64,000 nt of DNA from a virus (IMGVR_UViG_3300032007_000006:121360-185359); one strand, 5' to 3'; counted from the first letter of the stretch, positions 12,101 to 20,825 are shown. Numbers and translations are program-made. The notes: generated by a model not told the origin, from the letters alone.

Positions 12101-15100
12101 ACTTCAACTTTATTTTCTGCATCATATTTCATTGTGCAGAGAAAATTGACATTTGGAATTGAGAATATGGTTTCATTAAAAAAGGCATGAAGAATTTTGC
12201 TTTCGTGATGCTGAATGAATATTGATGCTAGTTGTCCCAATTCAGATGCATTTGTGGCATCCGAAGCTTTAACTTCTCTTAGATGATATCTTGACGGATT
12301 AGAACTTTCATTTTCTGGATCGGTGGATGGTTCCATAAAAAACATTTTTATGGAACCATCAATAAGAACAAAAATAGGCGTGTTTTCATCTACTGGACTT
12401 GAAATGAATAGATTATTGTTCCATTCTTCAAGCATCCTACCAGTATTTTCTTCCGAAACACTAAGCCATAGTTCATTTCCATCTTCTTCTAAAGAGAATG
12501 TTCTTATAATTCCCTCTTCTTCTGTCAATGCTGCATATTGATGAAATTGGGATATTTCTCTTCCAAAGTTGAGACAGGAAATGGAATATCTCTCTTGAAG
12601 AAGACCATTTTCTCCGGTTAAAGACCATATTCTTGTATCTCCAACAACATAGCATGATGGATCAGAAGATGAAGCAATTTGTCCAATTTCGTATGATATT
12701 GCTGGAATTGCTGAATCAAATGGAATTTTGCATCCATATTTTCCATTAAATTCAATTTTGATTGCTTCAGCCTGTTCCGTGCATTCGGATTGAGGACATT
12801 CTTGAAGAGGTTGACCAGATATTGCTTCTTCTGTTGTGAATGCAAGACATGTTGATGAAAGAGGAATATAATGCCATTCTGAATTTGTCAACCGTTCAGT
12901 ATCTTGAAAATATTCTCTATATTGACCATTCCAGTTTTGCATGTCAACTACAGAGACTTCGGAAATTTCAAGAGTTAATGTAACTTCCTTAGTAAGTGAT
13001 TCGTAAACTGAATTGTTGTTTGCGTCAAGACTATAAGCAAGAAATGTTTTTGTACATGGAATTTCAATAATGAAGTTGTCTTGACCATTATTGATTTTTG
13101 GTTTAAATGTACCTATTCCATTCCAAGGAATAGGTACAGTTTGAATTGAATCATCCCAATTCTTTGAAAATGATAATTTCACCAAATTGTTTCCATTTCT
13201 TGTCATTTTAACAAGACCGGCTGGATATGCACGATTTATTGTTGTGTTGTCTACTTTATAGGAATGCATGCATTCAAGCACATGCTTGGAATAGTTTTCA
13301 TCTGGAATTAATGAATTTAATCTTTCCTTGTCTATATCAGAAATAGAAAATTTGTATGCATCTATGGCATTTGCAAATGCAAGCTTGCATGTTATCCAAT
13401 TTCCCTTGATTTCTCCTGTGTCATCGTTTGTATCGCTTGAAAGGATTCCTGTAGAAGAATATACAATGCGTCGTGAAGCGTTCTTTTCTGTTGAAGATTG
13501 TGAAGCGTTAGACAGTCTATAAAGACATCCATTCCTTGAAATTGATGTTAGGGTGTATTCAAAGTCTGAAAGAAGATATGAATCCACTTCAGTCAACGAT
13601 CCAGATTGATTTGAAACGTATACTTTTGTGGATGATGTCTGAATTTGCACGTTTGCTGGATAAAGAGTGCTAAGGATTGCGCGTCTAGGTATTGCAGACA
13701 CCTTTATCTTTTCTATGCTGTCGTAGTCAAATGATGTAGGAAAGGTAATGTCTTCCAAGTCATTCAATTCATTTGTTTCTACTAATTGAAATTTGGATGG
13801 AAGATCTGTTGAAGTGCTGTAGTAGAGTATGGCGTAAGCCAGATCATCTGGACTTGTGGATTCTCCTTCATATAGAAGTGCAATTTTGAACTGCTTCTGT
13901 TCATCATTTGTTGATATTTTTTCAATTTCTGTAAAATTTATTTCTGGTTTGTCTATTACATAGAAGCCAGCCCTAAAGTGAATTATTCTATTGAAAAAAT
14001 CAGTAGTTGAATCTGGATTGACTCTAAACTCAAAAGAAAGAACATTAGAAGAAAACGAAGAAGAACCATAGAATATCTGATCTTGATCAAGATACACTAG
14101 GGATGGAAGTGAATTGCTGGCATAGGCTGTATATCCATAAACACGTTCAACTGTACCAACGCTGGAAAATGAAGAAGAATAGCTGCGATAATCTACAAGA
14201 CTGGGAACGGTGGGATATCCATCTTGAGATACAAAAGTGCTGTTCCATCTTGAAGATGTTTGATTCCATCTGCAATAATAGGTAGTGGATGAAGTGGAGT
14301 TTTCAATGTCGCTGAATTGATAGCCTGTTGAATTTTCTGGAGTTCTTTCTATGGCTACGAATTTTTTAACAATAATTTTATTTTGAAGAACGTTTTCTGC
14401 ATTAAAGGCGATTCTCGCTGGTTCTTCTTGATCATTAAACAACTGAATTGTTTCTTCCGAAAGATTAAAGTCTGGATCCTTTTGCATAGCAACTGCTGCT
14501 GGATCTACGCTTCCTGGATTTTTTCTTACTTCATAATTTTCAATCCATCTGGAATAAAATTCTCCATTATTATTGGACTTTGCAACCCAGTAAAGTCCAT
14601 TTGCAGTTAGATGCTTTGGAAGAGGTTCAGAAGCATCAAGAATGGCAAATGGTTTTTCATATTTCCACTTTCTTGATGTGGAAATATAGGAATACAGATT
14701 TGGAATAAATGAATCATCAATATATTCATCTGGTCTATTGTCAACCATTTCGTTTTCAGAAACCAGCGCGTTTGTGGCCAAAATTGTATAGCCATTTTGA
14801 GTTTTCATTTTCAACTCATTAACTGGAATTCCAGAAACGTTGGAGACTATAGTATATTCGTTTGAACCTTCAACAACTCTTTTTGGAAGAATGGATATGG
14901 ATTCCTTGTTGATCCATTTTACAGTTTCACCATCTGGAGTAGAAGGATATGAAACGGGAATGCTTGTTTTTACGTCACAGGGAAAAGATACCTGCGACAA
15001 TGGAATAATATCGCTAAGAGTACCATTTTTGTTTGAAAATAATGGAATTGATTTCCATTGACTTTCTATGCGTTGTAAAAGCACACAGGACATCAAATCA

Positions 15101-15936
15101 CTTGATGCTCCGATTGTCCAGGCAACAGCATATGCTGAAATTTTTTCATTGCGTTCTGCAAATTCAAATTCTTTTAGTCTAATAAACTGAATGTTTTTAA
15201 CAGCGGCGGTCCGTGCCGCATTAAGGGAACTTTCATCATCTTCATATGAAAGCATTGATGCTGGAGGAAATGCTGGCAGAAATTCCCAAATGTCAATTCT
15301 AAAGGAGGAAAGATTGACATCAGACGCACTAAAGCATATAACGCCTTGATTTGTCGTCACGAAGAACATTCTTCCAGCGGAGAATATTCTGTATATTTCA
15401 AGATTTTCTTCGTCTAGTGCTGTTCCACCAGTTGAACTGAATTCAGCAAGCGACCATGTCTTTGAAACGGTTCCTTCGGCATTTTTAGTTTCGGTGTATA
15501 TGTAGAGATGATCTTTTGAAATGCCAATCATGACTCCAAATGAACTGGATCCTCCAACAGATGAAGCATCTCCACCATCGCCATCAGTTTTGACTGTTTC
15601 TCCTACTGCATATGCGGCATCCATAATGTCATTTCCAGCATAGGACTTGGAATAGGATGCAACGTTGAGATTGTCATAGTTGTAGCATCCGTATATTGTT
15701 CCACTGGATCCATATGCAATGGTATTGACGCCATGCTCATCGGAAAGATTGAATATGCCAGACCAGACCACGTCAGACATGTCCTGACGATTTTCAATTC
15801 CTTTCATGCTTCCAGACTTGTCCATATAGGACATTCTGTCTTCCGTGATTGCCGCGACTTCATCCATTGCATGGCTTGTCTTGCCTGTGCATCCATTCAT
15901 TAACAGTGCTGGATCGAATGCAGAAGAGAGTTTCAT
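6121..15936 (-). CDS. Giant (3271 aa) putative virion/tail protein
   Basis: Uninterrupted 9.8-kb ORF, SD AAGGAGG; Ser-rich beta sequence with W-x-I/V-x-G-x-x-T-G repeats. Confidence 0.75.
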   Translation of the reverse strand: MKLSSAFDPALLMNGCTGKTSHAMDEVAAITEDRMSYMDKSGSMKGIENRQDMSDVVWSGIFNLSDEHGVNTIAYGSSGTIYGCYNYDNLNVASYSKSYAGNDIMDAAYAVGETVKTDGDGGDASSVGGSSSFGVMIGISKDHLYIYTETKNAEGTVSKTWSLAEFSSTGGTALDEENLEIYRIFSAGRMFFVTTNQGVICFSASDVNLSSFRIDIWEFLPAFPPASMLSYEDDESSLNAARTAAVKNIQFIRLKEFEFAERNEKISAYAVAWTIGASSDLMSCVLLQRIESQWKSIPLFSNKNGTLSDIIPLSQVSFPCDVKTSIPVSYPSTPDGETVKWINKESISILPKRVVEGSNEYTIVSNVSGIPVNELKMKTQNGYTILATNALVSENEMVDNRPDEYIDDSFIPNLYSYISTSRKWKYEKPFAILDASEPLPKHLTANGLYWVAKSNNNGEFYSRWIENYEVRKNPGSVDPAAVAMQKDPDFNLSEETIQLFNDQEEPARIAFNAENVLQNKIIVKKFVAIERTPENSTGYQFSDIENSTSSTTYYCRWNQTSSRWNSTFVSQDGYPTVPSLVDYRSYSSSFSSVGTVERVYGYTAYASNSLPSLVYLDQDQIFYGSSSFSSNVLSFEFRVNPDSTTDFFNRIIHFRAGFYVIDKPEINFTEIEKISTNDEQKQFKIALLYEGESTSPDDLAYAILYYSTSTDLPSKFQLVETNELNDLEDITFPTSFDYDSIEKIKVSAIPRRAILSTLYPANVQIQTSSTKVYVSNQSGSLTEVDSYLLSDFEYTLTSISRNGCLYRLSNASQSSTEKNASRRIVYSSTGILSSDTNDDTGEIKGNWITCKLAFANAIDAYKFSISDIDKERLNSLIPDENYSKHVLECMHSYKVDNTTINRAYPAGLVKMTRNGNNLVKLSFSKNWDDSIQTVPIPWNGIGTFKPKINNGQDNFIIEIPCTKTFLAYSLDANNNSVYESLTKEVTLTLEISEVSVVDMQNWNGQYREYFQDTERLTNSEWHYIPLSSTCLAFTTEEAISGQPLQECPQSECTEQAEAIKIEFNGKYGCKIPFDSAIPAISYEIGQIASSSDPSCYVVGDTRIWSLTGENGLLQERYSISCLNFGREISQFHQYAALTEEEGIIRTFSLEEDGNELWLSVSEENTGRMLEEWNNNLFISSPVDENTPIFVLIDGSIKMFFMEPSTDPENESSNPSRYHLREVKASDATNASELGQLASIFIQHHESKILHAFFNETIFSIPNVNFLCTMKYDAENKVEVIEQSENSINALANFNIDRINSPLRFAVLKESLVEVFNLQFTIEEKNLVPVVRSVSSAFKYMKASEALKKDLMVASGNTWKKFSVNSEGKYLFGSTVSIGSIPYVQYSELKQIRLNSSPARKLVQWNANSLSSESFSLYVQSTDPENLWHPSSINYDSSRTYLISSTGGWPEFYPSIGNIYTVTEPHLTGSGTRYGVGNYIYVGDGSTIEQCYAKLPYMDNLVHSTGLSWTLWMNNQKQTFIMIIGSSSGASFGKLARVSVASDGTLIIESQFNSNFDSKPSQSFRIGLAEAFPHSNCIYSAAVDSSASKQEVYATITLGSFKIALLEYGDFLIPRLTGLFTSGQSSIFGISDAIVNIDMSENVNIYSIMDELQLASGTSIIGLTTRVNPGSKTASYPSWTWEASLVPYSIQIEQYEKVFVVAAAGMTTCRQVNNGMDVRIDKKYLYAKSLSKGSITNSSSGRNGDSALPRVYPPLNDESTENAEKEYVVYDEYGFYVKSSGIYGGDSTGDTNVPKDLSGTDAMSSMSKIIGMTTFKAYNFPIVVGLYEKGGLILYYGTRCFDRSILGTKRFVYNADTDIEDSFASYVNQRMLETYGSNEINTKRILLAYLKGTDNISRAIQLYAPEYSGNSAIFAAMNAKIQGNAVPSNLSEEEKNAIAKIEMAIIREEERSLAENEADENFIKSYEYSVNNSTESQWINIPIYVRRGNEYVEVDETLTSLTSAMAGGRIRLSVGSTTGNVYWRDLNPLHADKYISYIPTGLLSQKEQNEIAQIEEDPENAELKKFLFGNSVENGAGAQNVIVGWTDWIWTYNGSNPVSGHTEYIARQSSECISDNGSTKWLIANGKDIGMELTDAEASMVQNPSTYAPYVRRRSWKWVLGGKQTSFSVYANEPEVRMIDGRPVWYFNGQSTGITAVPGVYPKIVINNNVKSWMIGEELSGIIGPVIENGRPYINNRTWMIQEYGKSSPTEIFTLDSKDIIVQTMEKEKAIDFWAINGRPVNNFSTSENITPITKFSTDYRPCWKFKNVMDSTENGAFKSSLSTPYSSKTGGCPFILEPQCIGVINTVNETPIWKSTAKNSFNESCVECDMFFVEPIGTTNRAYVRTVENTKSLEVSGTLAEGETLQNLKFFIGMSGKEWWLLPEPDGSGSQKSRIGPYVSDATPQSRIGTRWKCNRIVDNSVKEWDSFDAPQNSKVEEDFVEEINQETGATETVKCWFINGINTGLKCGHYTKPKLKCSIWQWSLSSDLHPIIRESGTCPYKKRPEYCMWFNGLNVGKIQNIGSPQLFTGKSESTLHWFVDGVDTGIKCLPEYTSTVSAIPPSTASGRWKFEWRVKDADSLNDVLVATTSSCANPITKEVANSWWMKDKNGNLVDTKINAMDPLRGKGLESDGIASRMVSETYWNEEKKKYETVGPQRRSWTPLASLFVDAYSEVSYGVLESIKNPWSTENPDIMKKGMVWEMISSKDLFGTSGVYIAESKSTSWDSYEEGDGAGNASAYAFDVYIGWKRNEDRNDLYDSYCAIRSIETGAVTKWTVYAKDWKFEHLELVVKSNGKLNNIVILASKGWIASTNSISYANEGKDIKAIVWNSPVNPVADVLNEIEKIVQFKWNSWDSNEISEFAAVGSYGVYVYSPDCIRFTASIPYGDNAELIEIVWNPKNSEFKIWGVDVALDDDFSTSTTIAKGEGIDYLGKEEDFETAYEKNAVNASQGKSVSINSLNAQTIYKHHHKRMDGVKETLYYQFSEATTSFDEITNVTDSQDENAVFIVADLPYRFTNGTKTWTYVYSKCNPSTKEVLGAGYLINQVSWKWMWVREEIKTESKKMSYITVSENTKSVAYGFPDLKRFIKSYKNLYTNALEFVGGVCQFASSERDSANIDGKSLKEAYEELAKIDGLKIYSENLDVAWNIFKQAKRLRDASHYAENDCYNTYLQKIGQSLALEHQDYFNKAKQAMWTAQAFKNYYAGLVARGTSANVQLEQDAVGGDSYKLK

Positions 15937-15945
15937 TGTTCCTCC

Positions 15946-16938
15946 TTATTTTGAAATCTGAAGATTGGCCGCCTTTGGATCATATGTTCCACATTTGCTT
16001 GAAAGCTGAGAGGCTGTCGTTATGGATGTTTTTCCCAAGGAATAGCTCATTTGAATGTCGGAAGCAAGATATGTAACATATTTCAATTTAGCCGTAGAAG
16101 CGTTCTGCTCTGGAATGGTAGTTGGCTTGCCAAACCGCCAGATTGGAGAAAGAAGTCCTTCAACTCTGTTCTTTAATGCAGAAAGCCTGTTTTCGTTGCC
16201 AACCATGCTGCTCCAGAATCCAGCAATGAAGGCCTGGGTTGTGGCGCTTGTTGAATAGTCCGTACGCATTGATCCATATGAAAATGAATTGCTTCGATTT
16301 CTGTATGATGATGTATTTCTATAGTAGGAATATCCTTGACTAGTAGTGGAATATGTGCCATATTCATCATATGGATCAGGAAGTATCAATTCAAATTTCT
16401 GAAAGTCGCGGCGGCACGTCTTTACTGCTTCTACTGCTTCAATGACGTTTGCATGCCAGGCTTTTATGTAGTCGCCCTTTGTACACATCGGAAGCATTTC
16501 ATACCAGCATCCTCTAGTGAACCAGTATTCTGGCATGTCTACAAACTCTTCCGTGTCCTTATTGTACCATTGAAGACTCTGACTTGCCGAAGCGTAGGAA
16601 TTGATTAGATTGAAATTAAGGTCTTTCTGCCACATAATTTCTTCATCATCATAATTGATGAAGAGGGTCATCAAAGAATCTCTAATTGCATTTCGTGTAG
16701 ACTGAAAACTATTAAGAATTGACTGTCCAAAGGCGTATCCAGGATTTGGAGTGGTAATTGTCTGTGAATATCCAAATTCATCATAGGTTGTGGAAACCCA
16801 TTCCTTCGGAAGAAATGGAGAATATTCTCCAAGGCCTCTAGTTGTTTCAAGCATTGCATTCTTCATAAGCATGGCATAGTAGCTTAGAAGATCGCTGAAA
16901 TTGCGATGCTTGTATGTCTGTGTGGATTCCGATGCCAT
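15946..16938 (-). CDS. Hypothetical protein, 330 aa (Tyr/Ser-rich segment)
   Basis: ORF with SD GGAG, co-oriented with giant gene. Confidence 0.7.
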   Translation of the reverse strand: MASESTQTYKHRNFSDLLSYYAMLMKNAMLETTRGLGEYSPFLPKEWVSTTYDEFGYSQTITTPNPGYAFGQSILNSFQSTRNAIRDSLMTLFINYDDEEIMWQKDLNFNLINSYASASQSLQWYNKDTEEFVDMPEYWFTRGCWYEMLPMCTKGDYIKAWHANVIEAVEAVKTCRRDFQKFELILPDPYDEYGTYSTTSQGYSYYRNTSSYRNRSNSFSYGSMRTDYSTSATTQAFIAGFWSSMVGNENRLSALKNRVEGLLSPIWRFGKPTTIPEQNASTAKLKYVTYLASDIQMSYSLGKTSITTASQLSSKCGTYDPKAANLQISK

Positions 16939-16950
16939 ACAGCGTTCTCC

Positions 16951-17349
16951 CTAGAAATCTACATCTTCATCTGCTTTTGGAGTCTTCTTTGATTCATCAT
17001 TTTCCGAAAGTTTTCCTTTGAGAATGTCTAGACTTTTTCCGCTAATGGACAGTTTGCTGTCCATGTATCGCTCTCCAAGTTCAGCGGCAAAGATTACTCC
17101 AAGCAGTTCAACAAAGTATCCAGTGATTTCCTTGCCTGCCGCTACTTGAAAAAGGACTACTATCCATAGAAAAATGAATGATATTCCAACTTTGGAAAGA
17201 TTTCCATCTGGCTTGATAATCAAGGTGTAGAATCTCGTTCTGTTCTTGTGCCTCGCAATGGAGATGCCAAACACAAGCAGAAACAGAATGAATGTTGCTG
17301 TCATTATTCCTATATACAGAAGTTCGGCACTAATTGTAAAATTAAGCAT
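16951..17349 (-). CDS. Putative holin-like membrane protein
   Basis: 2-3 hydrophobic segments, charged C-tail, directly downstream of GH108 endolysin. Confidence 0.55.
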   Translation of the reverse strand: MLNFTISAELLYIGIMTATFILFLLVFGISIARHKNRTRFYTLIIKPDGNLSKVGISFIFLWIVVLFQVAAGKEITGYFVELLGVIFAAELGERYMDSKLSISGKSLDILKGKLSENDESKKTPKADEDVDF

Positions 17350-17361
17350 ATTTCAGTTCTC

Positions 17362-17928
17362 CTACATGCTGCTAATGGCATCTTTAAGTGCTTCCAGTCT
17401 TTCCATCCATGCGGAATAGTTCTTTTCCTGATCTGGATAGGCGTTGACAAGAGCGTTGTAGTAGTTTTTTCTATGCTTGAAATAGAGATCAACAAATTCT
17501 TCTGTTGATGCATCGGCTATGGAATTTCTAGTCTGTGGACCATATACTCCATCTGCCACAACATTGTCAAATCCCATTTCAATTAAGGCCTTTTGAATGA
17601 TTTTCGCGGCTATTTTGTGGCCATGATTCATTGATGCGTCGAATATCAACGCGGCCTTCTGATCATCAAGAGTTTCAAGATTCCATACGTCCCAGTATAT
17701 TTTCTTGTAGGCCGCAATGGCATCTTCAAAGTCAATTTTCTTAATGTCTTTGGAAGTTATTTTTCCATCGCTGTTCTTGTCGAACGTGTCTGGATCTGCG
17801 GCTTTTCTTGCAAGTTCAACTGTAATTCCATATTTTGATGGAACGCCATTGTCTTCTGTATATTCAGATGCTGGAGAAACTCCTTCAAATTCCAGAGTTG
17901 TTGCGGCGCATTTGACAAAATCTGCCAT
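17362..17928 (-). CDS. Glycoside hydrolase family 108 endolysin with PG_binding_3-type C-terminus
   Basis: LEFEG...KYGIT motif, IFDASMNHG, C-terminal RKNYY...WMERL. Confidence 0.85.
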   Translation of the reverse strand: MADFVKCAATTLEFEGVSPASEYTEDNGVPSKYGITVELARKAADPDTFDKNSDGKITSKDIKKIDFEDAIAAYKKIYWDVWNLETLDDQKAALIFDASMNHGHKIAAKIIQKALIEMGFDNVVADGVYGPQTRNSIADASTEEFVDLYFKHRKNYYNALVNAYPDQEKNYSAWMERLEALKDAISSM

Positions 17929-17948
17929 TTGACAATAAAATATTTGAA

Positions 17949-17956
17949 TATTTACA
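17949..17956 (-). promoter_or_regulatory. Late promoter-like TGTAAATA
   Basis: 20 nt upstream of GH108. Confidence 0.65.
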
Positions 17957-18007
17957 AAAGCGTCATCAGTTTCACTAAAATAGTAGAATAGATAAAATCA
18001 AATTTAG

Positions 18008-18562
18008 ATGAAGATATGCATTGATCCAGGCCATTCCAAGGCCGTTGGTACAGAAGGAGATCCAGGCGCAATGAATGGTGAGAGGATGGAGTCCGTTGCC
18101 GCTCTTTCCATTGCCAAGATGCTTGGTGAAAAGTTTGAAGAAAATGGCCACGACGTGGTCTATACTAGAACTGGTGGTGCTCCAGGATTGACGCTTGAAA
18201 AAAGATGCGAAATATCCAACAAGTCCAAAGCTGGTCTGTTTATTTCAATTCATCTCAACTCGGCTGAATCCAAGAAGGCGCAGGGAATTGAAACGCTTAG
18301 ATACGACAACGTGGGAGCGACAACAAAAAAAGTGGCCGCGGCCGTACAGGCTTCTCTTGTCAAGGAACTTGGATGGAAGGACAGGGGTGTCAAAGAGCGT
18401 CCAAATCTGTATGTTTTGAAGCACACGAAAGCTTCAGCAATTCTTGTCGAAACGGGATTTATTTCCAATGAAACTGAATGCGAAAAACTGTTTGATCCAG
18501 ACATTCAGGATAGAATAGCAGAAGCAATATACAAAGGCGTAATGCAGGCTGTCTCCATATAG
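18008..18562 (+). CDS. N-acetylmuramoyl-L-alanine amidase (Amidase_3)
   Basis: ICIDPGH, E, FISIHLNS, LVETGFISN motifs. Confidence 0.95.
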   Translation: MKICIDPGHSKAVGTEGDPGAMNGERMESVAALSIAKMLGEKFEENGHDVVYTRTGGAPGLTLEKRCEISNKSKAGLFISIHLNSAESKKAQGIETLRYDNVGATTKKVAAAVQASLVKELGWKDRGVKERPNLYVLKHTKASAILVETGFISNETECEKLFDPDIQDRIAEAIYKGVMQAVSI

Positions 18563-18565
18563 GCG

Positions 18566-20053
18566 ATGGAAATTAAGGCAATAAAAAATCTCGCCAATAG
18601 AAGGGGTTCCTACAAGTCTTTGGAGCAATCCTACATCAAGGACTTGAAAAAGGAATTCTTTCTATTGGTCAATAAAGAATTGTCCAAATTTTTTCAGGAA
18701 AAACTCATTGCTGGAGATAAAACTGAAAATTCAAAAGAATCAATTGCAACTCTTGTTGGATGCGTAAAGTCAAAGTCTTTGATAGGAACAACTATTAACA
18801 GAATAAAGACTTTAAAATGGCTTAGATTTTCAAAAGGCGCACAGTTCAACAAGAATGCAATTGCTGTCTTTACATTGAATCCAACATCACTAAAGAAGCA
18901 GCTGGATTCGATTAAGGATAAAAATAAGGCTAAAATCGCTATAAAGGGTCTATACTACGCAAAAGTAGGCATATGCTTTATTGTAAAGGAAAAATCTTCA
19001 AACGTGCAGAAAAGCGGCACTCTTCAACCTAAAAAGTCTAAAATTATAAATGTAAATTCCTTTACTGCAAAAGATTTGAAAATAAGAAAAAAAGCGAAGT
19101 ATTCATTGAATATTCTATTAAAAGATATTCATGCTGGCATGAAAAACTATCTGACGGCCGTGCCATTATTGAGTGGAATACTGGCATTGGCGCAGTCGCT
19201 TTCAGAAAAAAGCATTATATTGAAGACAACATTAACTCCAATTCAATTGAAAATTATTGAAAAAAATTTTCTTCCAGTCGCGGCCGCCGTGTCGGCGATG
19301 TCGGCTAATCCACAGACAAGCGTAATGTTTATTGACAATGGATTTATTCTTTTCAAAAGAAATGAACCAATTGGAAGATTTGGACCACCAGTAAAAAAGT
19401 CATTGATGAAGGACTTGATTAAGCAGTGCAAGGAGGAATGCATATCCATTCCTGGAAGCATGCAGTCTATTATGGACGTGCTTGATGCTGAAGGAAAGCC
19501 ATCTGACAAGCGACTGAAGGAAATTTTCAATGACTTTTCCAAGCATATGTATACAAATTCAAGTGGACCAGCGGCAAGGGCCGCGGCAAAGATTAAGCAT
19601 GTTGCTAGAATATCTGGAAGTCGCATGGACTGGACTGTCTTTAAAAAAACGTTTGATGAAGTGTCAAAGCGGGTCAAGGAGATTGAATATGATCCAATGG
19701 TAGAGGAAATGAAAAGCGTTGCAATTGATCTCAATCGAGGAAGAAATGTCATTAGTCCAGCGACAATGAACTGGACAAAAACGTTTGAAAAGAAAAATCT
19801 CAACTGGCTGGGAACGCTGGCCGCAGATATTCTTGAAGAGGAAGTCAATGTAAGTTCTTTAGCCAGAAGATCACTGTCTTGCGTGGCAAACTGGAAGGAA
19901 AATGTCGTGGACTGCAAACTGTCAATTTATCATTTTGGTTCAGAAGGCGAAAAGGCTTCACTCTCTCCATGCAAAAAATTCTATACTGGAAGATGGAAAA
20001 TAGAACTTCAGAACATTACGAAAGGCAGTGCTGGCTGGAAAAAAAGCAGATAA
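18566..20053 (+). CDS. Basic (Lys-rich) hypothetical protein, 495 aa
   Basis: Long ORF followed by terminator. Confidence 0.7.
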   Translation: MEIKAIKNLANRRGSYKSLEQSYIKDLKKEFFLLVNKELSKFFQEKLIAGDKTENSKESIATLVGCVKSKSLIGTTINRIKTLKWLRFSKGAQFNKNAIAVFTLNPTSLKKQLDSIKDKNKAKIAIKGLYYAKVGICFIVKEKSSNVQKSGTLQPKKSKIINVNSFTAKDLKIRKKAKYSLNILLKDIHAGMKNYLTAVPLLSGILALAQSLSEKSIILKTTLTPIQLKIIEKNFLPVAAAVSAMSANPQTSVMFIDNGFILFKRNEPIGRFGPPVKKSLMKDLIKQCKEECISIPGSMQSIMDVLDAEGKPSDKRLKEIFNDFSKHMYTNSSGPAARAAAKIKHVARISGSRMDWTVFKKTFDEVSKRVKEIEYDPMVEEMKSVAIDLNRGRNVISPATMNWTKTFEKKNLNWLGTLAADILEEEVNVSSLARRSLSCVANWKENVVDCKLSIYHFGSEGEKASLSPCKKFYTGRWKIELQNITKGSAGWKKSR

Positions 20054-20054
20054 A

Positions 20055-20087
20055 AAAAGAGAGACGCTTCAAAAGCGTCTCTCTTTT
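20055..20087. terminator. Bidirectional intrinsic terminator
   Basis: AAAAGAGAGACGCTT-CAA-AAGCGTCTCTCTTTT. Confidence 0.85.
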
Positions 20088-20100
20088 GATATTATTCTTA

Positions 20101-20456
20101 TCAACTGCTTCCGCCGCTAAAAGGCGGAAGCTTGCAGACTGAAATCGTTATTGACTCCATCCACGATTGGCTGGTTGATGGCAGCCTGCCTGCATAGGTA
20201 CCCATTTCTGGGTACGAAGCAGGATGTTTTCGGCAAGGATCTTCTTTCCTGCCTCTTGCCTTTATCCAGACCACAACAGTCATCCTGTGACGTATAGACT
20301 GAATTAACAGTAACAACCATCTCTTCAAGATGGGACGCTTTATAGGCAAGCATTGACGCTAGAAGAGCAATCACAAATTTATTTAGCAAAATCGATCTAA
20401 AGTACGGAGACAACAAGGAAACTGCTGTTGCTAAAGAACAGCAGTTTCCTTGCCGA
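20101..20456 (-). mobile_element. Miniature non-autonomous IS200/IS605-family element with TnpB C-terminal remnant
   Basis: 16-bp stem hairpin with CTTTAGC loop (20414-20452) and 9-bp stem hairpin with TTTTAGC loop followed by AGTTGA (20101-20131); internal frame LAYKA...TVNSVYTSQDDCCG...AAINQPIV...LQASAF resembles a TnpB tail; end positions approximate. Confidence 0.7.
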
Positions 20457-20471
20457 ATAATATTATGATTT

Positions 20472-20825
20472 CTATGGTTCTGGATTTACTTCCGGTTCTT
20501 CTGAATTTTCCATCCATAAGATTACGCTTCCTGCCGGAAGATTTTCTGTTGAACTTGAAGTTGGTTCAACATAGGTTGTTTCAATTTTTGGAGTATTGAC
20601 GCTTTTGAGATATGTGGTTGAAATTGTATTTCCATCAGCGTCCTTTACTGCCTTGTCCGACGTGCCATTGATGGTCTGCGTAAATGTCTTGATACCACCA
20701 ATTATTTCGTCCGTAGTATTGTGAACGACCGTATTATTCAACGCATTGACAGTATCAGCTGCAATCTTGCGCCAGTCTTTGACTTTTCCATTATTGTTCA
20801 GTAGAGTAATTTCAGTGACGCTCAT
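20472..20825 (-). CDS. Small tail-fibre-like structural protein
   Basis: VVHNTTDEIIGGIKTF and DADGNTISTTY fibre motifs; CATAAATA 20 nt upstream. Confidence 0.6.
   Translation of the reverse strand: MSVTEITLLNNNGKVKDWRKIAADTVNALNNTVVHNTTDEIIGGIKTFTQTINGTSDKAVKDADGNTISTTYLKSVNTPKIETTYVEPTSSSTENLPAGSVILWMENSEEPEVNPEP

Noticed and set aside
6945-16859. Many short antisense or alternate-frame ORFs inside the giant gene and elsewhere
   Set aside because: Fully nested in long conserved ORFs, with no SD or motifs.
20101-20416. ORFs 20117..20416 and 20101..20349 as real genes
   Set aside because: No SD, and they lie within IS-like end hairpins; better explained as a TnpB remnant.
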